Source: an uncultured Actinomycetota bacterium (GTDB taxonomy: Bacteria; Actinomycetota; Actinomycetes; Actinomycetales; CAWJMD01). Taken from it: a stretch of DNA of 64,000 nucleotides. Positions within the stretch are counted from its first letter, which is position 1, and every line of letters begins with the position of its first letter. The translations under genes and the position numbers were made by a program. The DNA is taken from contig OY970255.1 of NCBI GenBank assembly GCA_963715595.1, forward strand, positions 1,663,784 to 1,727,783. The letters run 5' to 3'. This document shows positions 40,900-51,349 of this stretch, piece by piece. The notes under the pieces are model-generated. The model searched no databases and was not told where the DNA came from. It saw only the letters and a program-made list of their open reading frames with translations.

Positions 40900-42175
40900 T
40901 CACGGTGCGGCGTCGTCGAAGACCGCGAGCGTGCCGCCGTACGAGGCGACCCAGATCCGTTGCGTCAGAGCGTCGTAGGTGATGCCGATCGGGTGGTGGT
41001 CGACCGGCACCGACTCGAGCACCTCGAGGTCGGACGTGCGCACCCGCGAGACCGTGTCGGACTCGTAGTTGACGACGAACAGCGCGGTGCCGTCGGCCGA
41101 CAGCGCGGCGCTGCGCGGCTGCTCGCCGGTGCGCACCGCCCCGACGACCTCGCCGGTGGTGGTGTCGACCTTCACCACCTCGCCGTCCTTGTTGAGCGTG
41201 GCGTACAGCCAGCGCCCGTCCGGGCTGAGGTTGAGGTGGCGGGGCCCGCGACCGACGCCGTCGAAGGTGCGCACCGCGTCGTCGCCGGCGCCGGCCACGG
41301 CCGCGGCGATGTCGACGACGGCGATCTCGCTGCCGCCCATCACCGCGACGTAGGCGGTGCCCGAGTCGGGCGAGATCGCGACGCCGCGCGGGTACCGGCC
41401 GATGCCGACCCGGGCGACCTCCTCGCCGGCGGCGGTGTCGACGACCGACAGGTCCCAGGTGCACCAGTTGGTGACCAGCACGTACCGGCCGTCGGGGGTG
41501 ACCTCGAGGAACTTCGGCACGGCGCCGACCAGCGACGGCGTCGGCGATCTCGAGCGTCGAGGTGTCGATGCGGTACAGGAAGCTGGGGTCGACCCCGGTC
41601 TGCGGCGTGCAGTCGTCGTCGCCCGGGGACCCGAAGCCGGGGCCGTACATCGAGTAGTTCGACACCCACAGCTGCGAGCCGTCGCGCGAGAAGGCCGCCT
41701 CGACCGGGCCGCCCTCGACCTCGTCGTCCCACTCGGGGAACCCGAAGTCGGCCGGGACGATCGCGTCGTCGACGGTCTCGAGCAGCTTCCCGTTGCTGTT
41801 GAAGACCGAGACGGTGTGCGTGTAGATCATGTTCTGCGCCACCACCAGGCCGGTGCCGGAGGCGACGACCGACTTCGGCGTCATGTCGCCCGACAGCTCG
41901 TCGACCTCGTCGAAGGTGCGCTGGTCGCTCGGCAGGTCGGACAGCACCGCGTCGGGCAGCGGACCGGGCTCGAGCACCGGCGCGGGCGGCGTGGTGGGCG
42001 TGGGTGCGGGCGCGGCCGGCGCGGCGTCCGGATCGACGTCCGGCTCGGGCGAGGTGACCGCGACCGCGGTGGCGCCGTCGCCGACGGGCGGGTCCTGGGT
42101 CGCGCCGCAGGCCGCCAGGGCCGCCGCGGCGCTCGCGAGCGCGAGCGCGCGGACGAGCGTGGTGCGGGTCCGCAC
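40900..42175 (-). CDS. Lipoprotein with YVTN/YncE-type beta-propeller repeats and one apparent frameshift
   Basis: Lipobox ALAACG at the N-terminus (frame of 40265-42175). The C-terminal repeats are in the ORF at 40900-41520 (PRGVAISPDSGTAYVA, PRHLNLSPDGRWLYAT, ALSADGTALFVVNYESDTV). The junction near 41535 reads ..TLEIADAV/LVGAVPKFLEV.. . Confidence 0.7.
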
Positions 42176-42259
42176 GGTCGGGCCTCCCCCGGGGGACGTC
42201 TGGGCGCGTCCATGGTAAGCGCGGCGCGGGCGTGGTCCGCGCCGCCACGCCCGGCGCGC

Positions 42260-43825
42260 TCAGCCTGTCGCACCGGGCGCCACGCCGGCGCCGACCTCCA
42301 GCGCGCGCCGTGCCGCGGGCTCGGCCGCGGCCAGGTGGGCCTCGACCAGACCGGTGCGCGTGCGCCGGGCGAGCAGGTCGTCGACGGTCCGCGCCCCCTC
42401 GGCGAGGACGCCGAACAGCAGCTCGGCACCGGTCGTGGGGCAGCCGGGCGCGACCGGACCGGCGAGGTCGGGGTGGCGCACGCCCAGCGCGTGCACGTCG
42501 ACGGCCTCGGTGCCGTAGCGGCGCACCAGCCGGCGGGGTGCGCGGACCCGGGCGAGCACCTCGCGCGGGGCGGCGCCGACGAGGGGCAGCCCGCGGGTGC
42601 GGCACGCGAGGTGGTGGCCGGTGCGGCGGCAGACGGCGTCGACGGCGTCCTCGGCCATCCGCCGGTAGGTCGTGAGCTTGCCCCCGGTGATCGTGACCGG
42701 ACGGCCGGGACGGTCGACCAGCAGGTGGTGCCGCGACAGGTCGGACGTGGCGGCGGCGTGGCCGGCGACCAGGGGACGCAGCCCGGCGTACCGCCCGACG
42801 ACGTCGGACGGGCCGACGGGCACGGCGAGGGCGCGGTTCAGGGTGGCCAGCAGGAAGGCCTCGTCGTGGGCCGGGACGGCCGGCGCGCTGGGGTCCGCCC
42901 CGAGGGCCTCCTCGTCGGTGAGCCCGAGCAGCACCAGCCCGTCGGGCTGGGGCACGGCGAAGACGAACCGGCCGAACCTGCCCGGGACGGGCACGGTCAG
43001 CACGGCGCGCGGCCACCCGAGCGCGTCGGCCCGCAGCACCAGGTGCGAGCCGCGGCTCGGCACCATCTGCAGACCCGGCTCGTGCTCCGCCGCCCAGACG
43101 CCGGTGGCGTTCACGACGACCCCGCACCGCACCCTCGTGCGCTCGCCCGTCTCGGTGCACGTGAGGGTCAGCTCGTCCGCCCCGACGTCGCAGGCGGCTG
43201 CGCGGGTCAGCACGTCGGCGCCGAGGGACGCTGCGGTGCGGGCCAGCGCCACGACCAGGCGCGCGTCGTCCTCGAGCCGTCCGTCCCACGACAGCACCGC
43301 GCCGCGCAGGCCGTCGGCGCGCAGGCACGGCGCGTGCACCAGCGCGTCCTGGGCGCTGATGCGGGTCGGCGCGGGCAGCAGCCGGGTGGGGGTGCGAGCC
43401 GCGCGCCGCATCAGGTCGGCGGCGCGGGCGCCGGCGCCGACCACCCGTCCGGGCACCGGCGGCGTCGACGGGTCGAGGGGCACCAGGAAGGCCACCGGCT
43501 GCACCAGGTGCGGGGCGATCGTGGTGAGCAGGGCGTGCCGCTCGCGCGCCGACTCCCAGGCCACGCCCACCTGGCCCTGCGCGAGGTACCGGACGCCCCC
43601 GTGCACGAGCTTGGACGACCAGCGGCTGGTGCCGTTGGCGAGGTCGTCGCGCTCGACCAGCAGGGTGCGCAGGCCGCGTGCCGCGGCGTCCAGGGCCGTG
43701 CCGGCGCCGGTGACTCCCCCGCCCACCACCACGACGTCGTAGCGGGTGGACCCCAGCCCCTCCCGCACCCGCTCGCGCCGGCCGGGGCCGAGGTAGGAGG
43801 CGGCCGGGCCGGGGAGCGCGCTCAT
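42260..43825 (-). CDS. glpD: FAD-dependent glycerol-3-phosphate dehydrogenase
   Basis: YDVVVVGGGVTGAGTALDAAARG, TSRWSSKLVHGGVRYL and GGKLTTYR. Confidence 0.9.
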   Translation of the reverse strand: MSALPGPAASYLGPGRRERVREGLGSTRYDVVVVGGGVTGAGTALDAAARGLRTLLVERDDLANGTSRWSSKLVHGGVRYLAQGQVGVAWESARERHALLTTIAPHLVQPVAFLVPLDPSTPPVPGRVVGAGARAADLMRRAARTPTRLLPAPTRISAQDALVHAPCLRADGLRGAVLSWDGRLEDDARLVVALARTAASLGADVLTRAAACDVGADELTLTCTETGERTRVRCGVVVNATGVWAAEHEPGLQMVPSRGSHLVLRADALGWPRAVLTVPVPGRFGRFVFAVPQPDGLVLLGLTDEEALGADPSAPAVPAHDEAFLLATLNRALAVPVGPSDVVGRYAGLRPLVAGHAAATSDLSRHHLLVDRPGRPVTITGGKLTTYRRMAEDAVDAVCRRTGHHLACRTRGLPLVGAAPREVLARVRAPRRLVRRYGTEAVDVHALGVRHPDLAGPVAPGCPTTGAELLFGVLAEGARTVDDLLARRTRTGLVEAHLAAAEPAARRALEVGAGVAPGATG

Positions 43826-44415
43826 CCGCGCGGGGCCAGGTAGCCGTCGACGAGGCGCGCGACCTCGTCGTCGAGGTCGACCAGGTCCTTCGTGCCGGCG
43901 AGGATCTCGGCGGAGATGACGAGGTCCTGGGTCGCGTGCAGCAGCACGTGCGCGGCGGTGCGGGGGTCGAGGTCGCGCACCGACCCGTCGGCGAGGCCCT
44001 CCTCGAGCGCGGCCTGGGTCCAGGCGAGCACGGCGGTCTGGACCCGTCCGTACCGGTCGACCAGGTACGGCAGCAGCAGCTCGGGGTCGTGGCGGCGCAG
44101 CGCCTGCACCAGCGGGGCGTGGCTGGCCCGGGCGACGGCCTGCGACACGCCGGCCACGAGGCGCTCGCGGGCCGTCGGCGCGGCAGCGACGCCGAGCAGC
44201 CCGGCGAGCAGGGCCTGCAGCTCGTGCGCCAACGCGTCGAGCACGAGCTGGCGCACACCCCCGCCGCGGCGGTACACGGTCATCCGCGAGACGCCGGCGC
44301 GGGCCGCGATCGAGGTCGCCGTCGCCCGCCGCACGCCGTAGGCGATGACCTCCTCGCGGACGGCCTCCATCAGGCGCTCCTCGGTGCTGCCCACGCCGAC
44401 CTCCCTCGTTGTCAC
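43822..44415 (-). CDS. TetR-family transcriptional regulator
   Basis: N-terminal HTH (GVRRATATSIAARAGVSRMTVYRRGGG). ATGA overlap with glpD. Confidence 0.85.
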   Translation of the reverse strand: MTTREVGVGSTEERLMEAVREEVIAYGVRRATATSIAARAGVSRMTVYRRGGGVRQLVLDALAHELQALLAGLLGVAAAPTARERLVAGVSQAVARASHAPLVQALRRHDPELLLPYLVDRYGRVQTAVLAWTQAALEEGLADGSVRDLDPRTAAHVLLHATQDLVISAEILAGTKDLVDLDDEVARLVDGYLAPRG

Positions 44416-44418
44416 ACT

Positions 44419-44442
44419 GTTACACGAAGTGCTTCACTGTAA
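44419..44442. promoter_or_regulatory. Imperfect palindrome in the 30-bp divergent intergenic region (candidate TetR operator)
   Basis: The sequence ttacacGAAGtgCTTCactgtaa has a GAAG/CTTC core and flanking ttaca/tgtaa arms. It lies between GTG 44415 (minus strand) and GTG 44446 (plus strand). Confidence 0.4.
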
Positions 44443-44445
44443 CGC

Positions 44446-46156
44446 GTGACCCCGAGACGCACCACGACCGCCACCGCCGCCCTCGCGCAGCAGGTGCGTC
44501 GCTCGGTCTGGTGGGGCTGGGGCGACCCCGCCCTGGCCCACCCGCTGCCGGACACGGCGTGGCGCCGGCTCGCCGCCGAGCTCGGTGCCGATCCCGACGC
44601 GCCGGTGCGCGAGCCGGTCGACGTCGGCGAGGTGCGGTTGCCCCCGGGGCGCCTGCCCGCCGCCGACCTCGCCGCGCTGGCCGACCTGGTCGGGGCCGAG
44701 CACGTCAGCGCCCACCACCTCGACCGGGTCGAGCACGCGGCCGGGAAGAGCTACCCCGACCTGCGGCGGCTGCGCGACGGTGACGGCTCGGGAGCGCCCG
44801 ACGCGGTGGCGTGGCCGGGCTCGGCCGACGACGTCGCCGCCGTGCTGCGGTTGTGCGCCGACCGAGGCATCGCGGTCGTCCCGTTCGGCGGAGGCACCAG
44901 CGTCGTGGGCGGCGTCACCGCCGGTCGCGAGGGCGAGCACCGCCCGGTGCTCACCCTCGACCTGCGCCGGCTCGACCGGGTGCTCGCGGTCGACGAGGTC
45001 TCGCTCACCGCCACCGTCGAGGCGGGCGCGCGCGGACCCCAGGTCGAGGCGGCGCTGCACCGGCACGGCCTCACCCTCGGGCACTACCCGCAGAGCCACC
45101 AGCAGGCCACCGTCGGCGGGTACGTCGCCACCCGCTCGGCCGGGCAGGCCTCCACCGGCTACGGCCGCATCGACGACAAGGTGCTCGCCGTCCACGTCGA
45201 GACGCCCTCGGGCGCACTGCGTCTCGGCGGACGGGCGCCGGCGTCGGCCGCCGGTCCGCGGCTCCTCGACCTCGTGATCGGCAGCGAGGGCACCCTCGGC
45301 GTCGTCATCGAGGCCACCCTCGCCGTCCACCGGCTGCCCGCGCACCGCGCGCACGCGGCGGTCGCGTTCGCCTCGTGGGACGACGGCGTCGCGGCCCTGC
45401 GGGCGCTGGCCCAGGACCACGGCGCCGGGGCTCTGCCCGAGGTCTGCCGGCTCTCCGACCCGGAGGAGACCCGGGTCGCCCTGACGCTGGCGGGCACGAG
45501 CGGCGGGCGGCTGTCGCGCTGGCTCTCGGCCCGCGGTGCGCGCCGGCCGTGCCTGGCCGTCCTGGTCTGGGAGGGCGCGTCGGCGCGGGTGCTGCGGCGC
45601 CGGAGACGGGCCGCGCTGGCGGTGCTCGGCCGCTTCGGGTCGCGGTGGTTGCCGGCCGCCGTCGCCCGCTCCTGGCAGGCCGGACGGTTCGAGGGCCCCT
45701 ACCTGCGCGACGAGCTGCTCGGGCGCGGCGTCCTGGTCGAGACGCTCGAGACGGCGACGTCGTGGAGCGACCTGCTCGAGCTGCATCGGGCCGTGGGAAC
45801 CGCTCTGCGCGAGTCGTTCTCGCACGACGGCCGGTCAGCCCTCGTGCAGTGCCACGTCTCGCACGTCTACGCCACCGGCGCCTCGCTCTACGTCACGATC
45901 GCCGCCGCCGAGGGCGACGACCCGCTGGCGACCTGGCACCGCGCGAAAGCCGCTGCGAGCGAGGCGATCGTGCGCGCGGGCGCCACGATCACCCACCACC
46001 ACGCCGTCGGCACCGACCACCGGCCCTACCTGGCCGCCGAGGTCGGCGAGCTCGGGGTGCGGCTGCTGCGGGCCCTGGTGCGCGAGCTCGACCCGCAGCG
46101 GGGTCATGAACCCCGGGGTGCTCGTCCCGCCGGCCGGCTCTGCTCACCCCTGGTGA
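44446..46156 (+). CDS. FAD-linked oxidase (alkyl-DHAP synthase-like, Rv2251-like) with an apparent frameshift near the 3' end
   Basis: FAD-binding PCMH region (IAVVPFGGGTSVVGG). The expected C-terminus DPQ.GVMNPGVLV is in the frame of the ORF at 45536-46156. The break is in the gggg run at 46100-46103. The length of 1711 nt fits one extra base. Confidence 0.8.
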
Positions 46157-46259
46157 GCGCCGGGCCCGTGCTCTCCGGCGGAGAGCACGCACCGGGGAAC
46201 ATCCGCGTCCGCTGCGGTGCCGGATCTTCCCCGGTCGCGTGTCGCAGCGCCCCGGCCGC

Positions 46260-46655
46260 TCAGAGCTCCCCGTCCGCGGCATCGAGCGCGGCCCGCTCGT
46301 CGTCCGCGATCGCCCGCGGTGCGTGGGCGGCGGTGTCCCACAGCACGATCACGACCTGCGCGCGGGCCCGGTCGACGCCGTCGGGGGTGGCCAGCACCGC
46401 CCGCAGCGTCAGGCTGGTGCGCCCGACGCGCTCGACCTCGTGGCGCACCAGCACGTGGTCGTGCCCCGGGCCGACGGGTGCCAGGTAGTCGACCTCGACC
46501 CGCGCCACGACGTGGTCGCTCGGGCTGCGGACGCCGAGCGCGGTGAGGAAGCGCGACCTCGCCTCGTCGAGCAGCGTCAGGTAGGTCGCGTGGTAGACGT
46601 GCCCGAGCGCGTCGACGTCGACCCAGCGCAGCGGGACCACGACCGGGCTGCTCAC
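46260..46655 (-). CDS. Acyl-CoA thioesterase (4HBT/YbgC-like hotdog fold)
   Basis: VPLRWVDVDALGHVYHATYLTLLDEAR is a typical 4HBT N-terminus. Confidence 0.8.
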   Translation of the reverse strand: MSSPVVVPLRWVDVDALGHVYHATYLTLLDEARSRFLTALGVRSPSDHVVARVEVDYLAPVGPGHDHVLVRHEVERVGRTSLTLRAVLATPDGVDRARAQVVIVLWDTAAHAPRAIADDERAALDAADGEL

Positions 46656-46664
46656 GGCCCCACC

Positions 46665-47192
46665 CTAGGTCGCGCCGGTTCGGCACGGCGGACCGGCGAG
46701 GTGCCGCTGCACCAGGTCGGCCACCTCGTCGCGTCCCCGCGCCGCCGTGTCGACCTCGAGGCAAGCGCCCTGCCGCAGCAGGGGCTGCACCTCGGCGCGC
46801 AGCGCGAGCTCGCGGGCCAGCTCGCCGGCGTCCTTGCCATGGGCGTTGGTCGTGCGGGTCGTCAGCCGGTGCACGGCCACGTCGTCCGGCACCGACAGCA
46901 GCACGACGTGGGCGAACGAGCCGTAGAACGCGCCCTGGGTGGTGCAGGTGCCCGACACCACCAGCGGTTCGGACCCGGCCAGCAGGTCGGTGACCGCGTC
47001 GTCGCGCCAGCGCCAGTCGGTGGTGCCGTCGCCCACGGCGAACGGCGAGTCGTCCGGCACGTGGTGCGACCACCGCGGGTCGTCGAGGTCGACCGCACGC
47101 ACACCGCGAGCGGCCAGGTCGCCGACGAGGGTCGACTTGCCGGTGCCCGACATCCCCGTGACGAGCGCGTGCCCCACGTTCCCCTCCACCAT
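46665..47192 (-). CDS. P-loop NTPase / nucleoside-kinase-like protein
   Basis: Walker A motif VTGMSGTGKSTL. Only the last 175 aa of the 1227-aa composite ORF belong to this gene. Confidence 0.65.
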   Translation of the reverse strand: MVEGNVGHALVTGMSGTGKSTLVGDLAARGVRAVDLDDPRWSHHVPDDSPFAVGDGTTDWRWRDDAVTDLLAGSEPLVVSGTCTTQGAFYGSFAHVVLLSVPDDVAVHRLTTRTTNAHGKDAGELARELALRAEVQPLLRQGACLEVDTAARGRDEVADLVQRHLAGPPCRTGAT

Positions 47193-47258
47193 GCCGTCAT
47201 CCAACACGGCACGAAGGCACGTGCTCCGCGTACGCCCCCGACGTAGGCTCTGGCTCTC

Positions 47259-48506
47259 GTGAGCCGCCTGCTGGAGAAGGTCGTCCCGAGCCGCCTGGGC
47301 ACGGGCTTCCGCTGGCTCCTCGGCTCGTCCTGGGTGTCGAACCTCGGCGACGGCGTGGTGCTGGCCGCCGGCCCGCTGCTGGTGGCCTCGCGCACCGACC
47401 AGCCGTTCCTGGTGGCTCTGGCGGCGACCGTGGCGTGGCTGCCGCCGCTGCTGTTCGGCCTGTGGGCGGGCGTGCTCACCGACCGGCTCGACCGGCGCCG
47501 GCTCGTCATCGTGGTCGACCAGGTGCGGGTGCTGGTGCTGGTCGCGCTGGCCGCCGCCGTCGCGACCGACGTGGCGTCGATCTGGCTCGTGCTGGTGGCC
47601 CTGTTCGTGCTCGCCACCGCCGAGACCTTCGCCGACAACGCCTCGGCGACGATGCTGCCGATGCTGGTGCGCCGTGACGACCTGGCGCTGGCGAACTCGC
47701 GGCTGCAGGCCGGCTTCGTCACCGTCAACCAGCTCGCCGGGCCGCCGGTGGGGGCGTTCCTGTTCGCGGTGGCCCAGCCGCTGCCGTTCGCCGGCACGGC
47801 CGCGCTGATCGCGCTCGGCATCGTGCTCATCACCCGCGTGGTGCTGCCGCCGCACGGCGTCGCGACCTCGACGGCCCCGCCGCGGCGGATGCGCGAGGAC
47901 GTCCGCGAGGGCGTCCGCTGGGTGCTGCACCACGCCGCCGTGCGCACCCTCGTGCTGACGATCCTGATCTTCAACGTCACCTTCGGCGCCGCGTGGTCGG
48001 TGCTGGTGCTCTACGCCACCGTGCGGCTCGACATGGGGCCCGTCGGGTTCGGCCTGATCACCACGGTGGGCGCGCTCGGCGGCCTGCTCGGCATCGTGTC
48101 GTACGGCTGGCTGACCGCCCGGGTGAGCCTGGCGAACCTGATGCGGATCGGGCTCGTGATCGAGACGATCACCCACCTCGCGCTGGCGCTGACGACCGTC
48201 CCCTGGGTCGCGCTCACGATCTTCTTCGTCTTCGGCGCGCACGCGTTCGTCTGGGGCACGACGTCGGTCACCGTCCGCCAGCGCGCGGTGCCGACGGCGC
48301 TGCAGGGACGGGTCGGCAGCGTGAACCTGGTGGGGGTCATGGGCGGCCTGGTCGTGGGCTCGGGCATCGGTGGCCTGCTCGCCCAGCACTACGGGGTGAC
48401 GGCGCCGTTCTGGTTCGCGTTCGCCGGGTCGGCGGTGTTCGTCGTCGTGATCTGGCGCCAGCTGCGCCACATCGCGCACGCCGACGAGGCGCCGGCGCCG
48501 GACTGA
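47259..48506 (+). CDS. MFS transporter
   Basis: Twelve or so hydrophobic segments, and the motif GVLTDRLDRRRL between TM2 and TM3. Confidence 0.85.
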   Translation: MSRLLEKVVPSRLGTGFRWLLGSSWVSNLGDGVVLAAGPLLVASRTDQPFLVALAATVAWLPPLLFGLWAGVLTDRLDRRRLVIVVDQVRVLVLVALAAAVATDVASIWLVLVALFVLATAETFADNASATMLPMLVRRDDLALANSRLQAGFVTVNQLAGPPVGAFLFAVAQPLPFAGTAALIALGIVLITRVVLPPHGVATSTAPPRRMREDVREGVRWVLHHAAVRTLVLTILIFNVTFGAAWSVLVLYATVRLDMGPVGFGLITTVGALGGLLGIVSYGWLTARVSLANLMRIGLVIETITHLALALTTVPWVALTIFFVFGAHAFVWGTTSVTVRQRAVPTALQGRVGSVNLVGVMGGLVVGSGIGGLLAQHYGVTAPFWFAFAGSAVFVVVIWRQLRHIAHADEAPAPD

Positions 48507-48513
48507 CCGACCC

Positions 48514-50291
48514 TCACGGTGCCGCGACCCAGCCGTCGGCGACGAAGGCCTCAGGACCGCGGTCGCCGTCGAGCACCACGCCGCCGCCCTGGGCGTACGC
48601 CCGCACCGCGTCGACCCGCACGCCCCACCCCGAGTAGGAGGCGTCGGTCGTGTAGCGCCAGCGCAGCAGCTGCTCCCCCGGCGCGAGCCGGGCCCGCACC
48701 TGCCACCAGGCCCGGTGCCCGCTGCCGGAGAGCGTCCCGTCGTCGACCCGGCCGGGCGCGTGCCGGCCGCGCGCCTGCAGCGGCACCGGCGTCCACGTCG
48801 TCCCGCCGTCGACCGAGGTCTCGAGCACGACGGACGTCGGTGGTCTCGGTGTCGACGAACAGGTCGTACGTCAGGTGCGCGCCGCGCCGCGGGACGTCGA
48901 GGGCGACCTGGAGGGTCGACGTGGTCGCGTCGGCCGTGCTCGCCGTCCACGCGTCCGGGCCCCTGGTGGCCGGCACCCGCAGCGACCGCGCGGCACCGTC
49001 GGCCAGCGCGCGCCGGCTCGTGTTGTTCGACCCCCAGGCGCGGTCGGGGTGCACGCGGTTGGCCAGGTGCACCACCACCGTCCGCGACAGCCGGTCGACG
49101 GTCAGCGACGGCCCGGTGTAACCGGTGTGGCCCGCGGTGCCCTCGCCGACGAGCGCCCCCATGTAGAAGCGGGCGTCGAGCTCGAAGCCCAGACCCCGTG
49201 CGCTGGTGGTGATCCCGTCGACCTGGTTCGTCATCGCCTCGCGCAGCGTCTCCTGCCGCAGGACGCGCGCACCGCCGTAGCTGCCCCCGTTGAGCAGCAT
49301 CTGGCCGAAGACCGCGACGTCGCGCGCGGTCGAGAAGACCCCCGCGTGGCCGGCGACGCCGCCCAGGGCCCAGGCGTTCTCGTCGTGCACCTCGCCGCGC
49401 ACCATGCCACGCGGGGGCGTCGCCTGGAACTCGGTCGCGGCGGCGCGGTCGGCGAGCTCGCCGGTCGGGCGGTAGCCCGTGTCGCGCAGGCCGAGCGGCC
49501 CGGTCACGCGGTCGCGCACCAGCACGTCGAGGGGCGCCCCGCCGGCGCGCTCGGCCAGCACGCCGAGGCTGATCAGGCCGATGTCGCTGTAGACGTACGC
49601 CTCCCCCGGCTCCGTGGTCGGCGTGGCGGCGAGGGCGGCGGCGAACCGCGCCTCGGGGGTCGGGTACGCGCTCCACAGCGGCAGCCAGGCGGGCAGGCCC
49701 GGCGGTGTGGGTCAGCAGGTGGCGCGCCGTGATGTCGTCCTTGCCGTTCGCGGCGAACTCCGGCACCACCTCGGCGACCGGGGCGTCGAGGTCGATCGCA
49801 CCCTGCTCGACCAGGCCGAGGACGACGACGGTGGTGAACAGCTTCGAGATCGAGGCCAGGTCGTAGACGGTGTCCGTCGTCGTCGGCACCCGCTGCTCGG
49901 CCGGCAGCTCGGTCCCCGCGAGGTCGGCGTAGCGCACCGCGTACCCGGACGCCTGCTCGGCGACCACGACCCCGTCGTGCACCACCAGGGCCACCGCCCC
50001 GGCCTGCTGCGGACGTGCGGGCCCGGCGCCGTCCGGGTCCGCCGAGGCCGCCGCCACGGCCGCCAGCCCGGCCTGCAGCGGTGCCGGGTCGAGGCCGACC
50101 TGCTCGGGCGTGCCGTCGCGCAGCACCGTCGACGGCGGCGCGAACCCCGCCTGCAGCCGGTCGAACCGTCCCTGCACGGCACCCCCTCCGTCAGCGGCCG
50201 CCGCGGGGCCGGCCAGGCCGACCGCCAGCGCGAGCGCTCCCCCGGCGGCCAGGGTGCGCAGCGCGGTCGAGGACGTCGAGGGGGTCGGCAC
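48514..50291 (-). CDS. Secreted serine hydrolase (beta-lactamase/PBP4-like family) with a C-terminal beta-rich domain and two apparent frameshifts
   Basis: A signal-like N-terminus and the SxxK motif DLASISKLF. The pieces are in three frames (50291 to ~49697, ~49697 to ~48832, and 48832 to 48514). The junctions read LLTHTAG/LPAWLPLW and FVDTETTDV/VVLETSVDGG. The length of 1778 nt fits two extra bases. Confidence 0.7.
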
Positions 50292-50385
50292 GAGGTGGTC
50301 TCCCGAAACTTTGTCCCGAATAGTGCTCTTGCGATGAAACGTTCTCACCGACGTCGGCCCCGGTCAACGGGTCCGAACGCCTGAC

Positions 50386-51339
50386 GTGCGGCCCGGCTGC
50401 TGCTTGGGTGGTGCCGTGCCCCGGCGCCGTCGTCCTGCCTCGACCGTGGTCGTCGTCGCCTGCCTGCTGGTCGGCGCGGCCGGGTGCTCGTCCGACCGGA
50501 CGCCCGCACCGTCGGCGACGGACGGGGCGCCGCCGGAGCCGACGTCCGCGACGGCGTCAGCGACGGAGCCGTCGGGCCCCGTGCGCGTCGCGCTGCCGGA
50601 CGGCGACCGCTGGGTGTGGCGCTTCTCGGTCGCGCCCGACGGCCGCACGGCGCTGCTCGCGCGATCGCCCGGGTTCTTCCCGCAGACGCGGCAGAGCTCG
50701 GTCGTGCGGGTCACGCTCCAGGACGACGGGTCGTGGGGCGACCAGCAGCCGGTGCCGTGGAGCGACGGCTCGACGTCCGACATCGACCCGGTCTTCGTCG
50801 ACGGCGCCGTCCTGTTCTCCTCGATCCGCGGTGGACGACCCGACGTGCAGGTCTGGTCGGTGCCGCTCGCCGCTGACGGCGCGTTCGGGCAGCCGGTCCC
50901 CGTCCCCGGCGTCGACGGCAGCGGCGACGAGCTGTACCCGAGCGTCGGGCCCGACGGCGCGCTGTACGTGGGGAGCGACAGCGGCGGCGCGGGGTTCGAC
51001 GTCGTGCGGTTCGCGCCGGACGGCGCCGGCGGGTACGCAGCGCCCACGCCGCTGCCCGAGCCCGTCACCCTGCCGTCGTGGGAGTTCAACCCCACCTTCA
51101 CCCCGGACGGCCGTTGGCTCGTGTTCACCGCCATCGACCGCGACGGCGGCGAGGGCGAGGGCGACCTGTTCGCGGCGCCCTACGCCGACGGCGTCGTCGG
51201 CGCGCCCCTCCCCCTGGAGTCGGTCAACTCGGCCGACGACGAGTACCACCCGTCGTTCTCGCCCGACGGCGCCACCCTGTACCTCGTCCGCGACGGCGAG
51301 CTGCTGCAGGTGCCGGTCGCCGACACCGAGATCGGTTGA
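50386..51339 (+). CDS. Lipoprotein with PD40 (TolB-like beta-propeller) repeats
   Basis: Lipobox VGAAGCSS. The repeats include YPSVGPDGALY, FNPTFTPDGRWLVF and YHPSFSPDGATLYL. Confidence 0.7.
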   Translation: MRPGCCLGGAVPRRRRPASTVVVVACLLVGAAGCSSDRTPAPSATDGAPPEPTSATASATEPSGPVRVALPDGDRWVWRFSVAPDGRTALLARSPGFFPQTRQSSVVRVTLQDDGSWGDQQPVPWSDGSTSDIDPVFVDGAVLFSSIRGGRPDVQVWSVPLAADGAFGQPVPVPGVDGSGDELYPSVGPDGALYVGSDSGGAGFDVVRFAPDGAGGYAAPTPLPEPVTLPSWEFNPTFTPDGRWLVFTAIDRDGGEGEGDLFAAPYADGVVGAPLPLESVNSADDEYHPSFSPDGATLYLVRDGELLQVPVADTEIG

Positions 51340-51349
51340 GCCGCGACGC

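Noticed and set aside
46665-50348. 1227-aa minus-strand ORF suggesting one giant protein
   Set aside because: It is a composite. Its start is the serine hydrolase N-terminus, its middle is antisense to the MFS transporter, and its end is the P-loop kinase. Only the two ends look coding.
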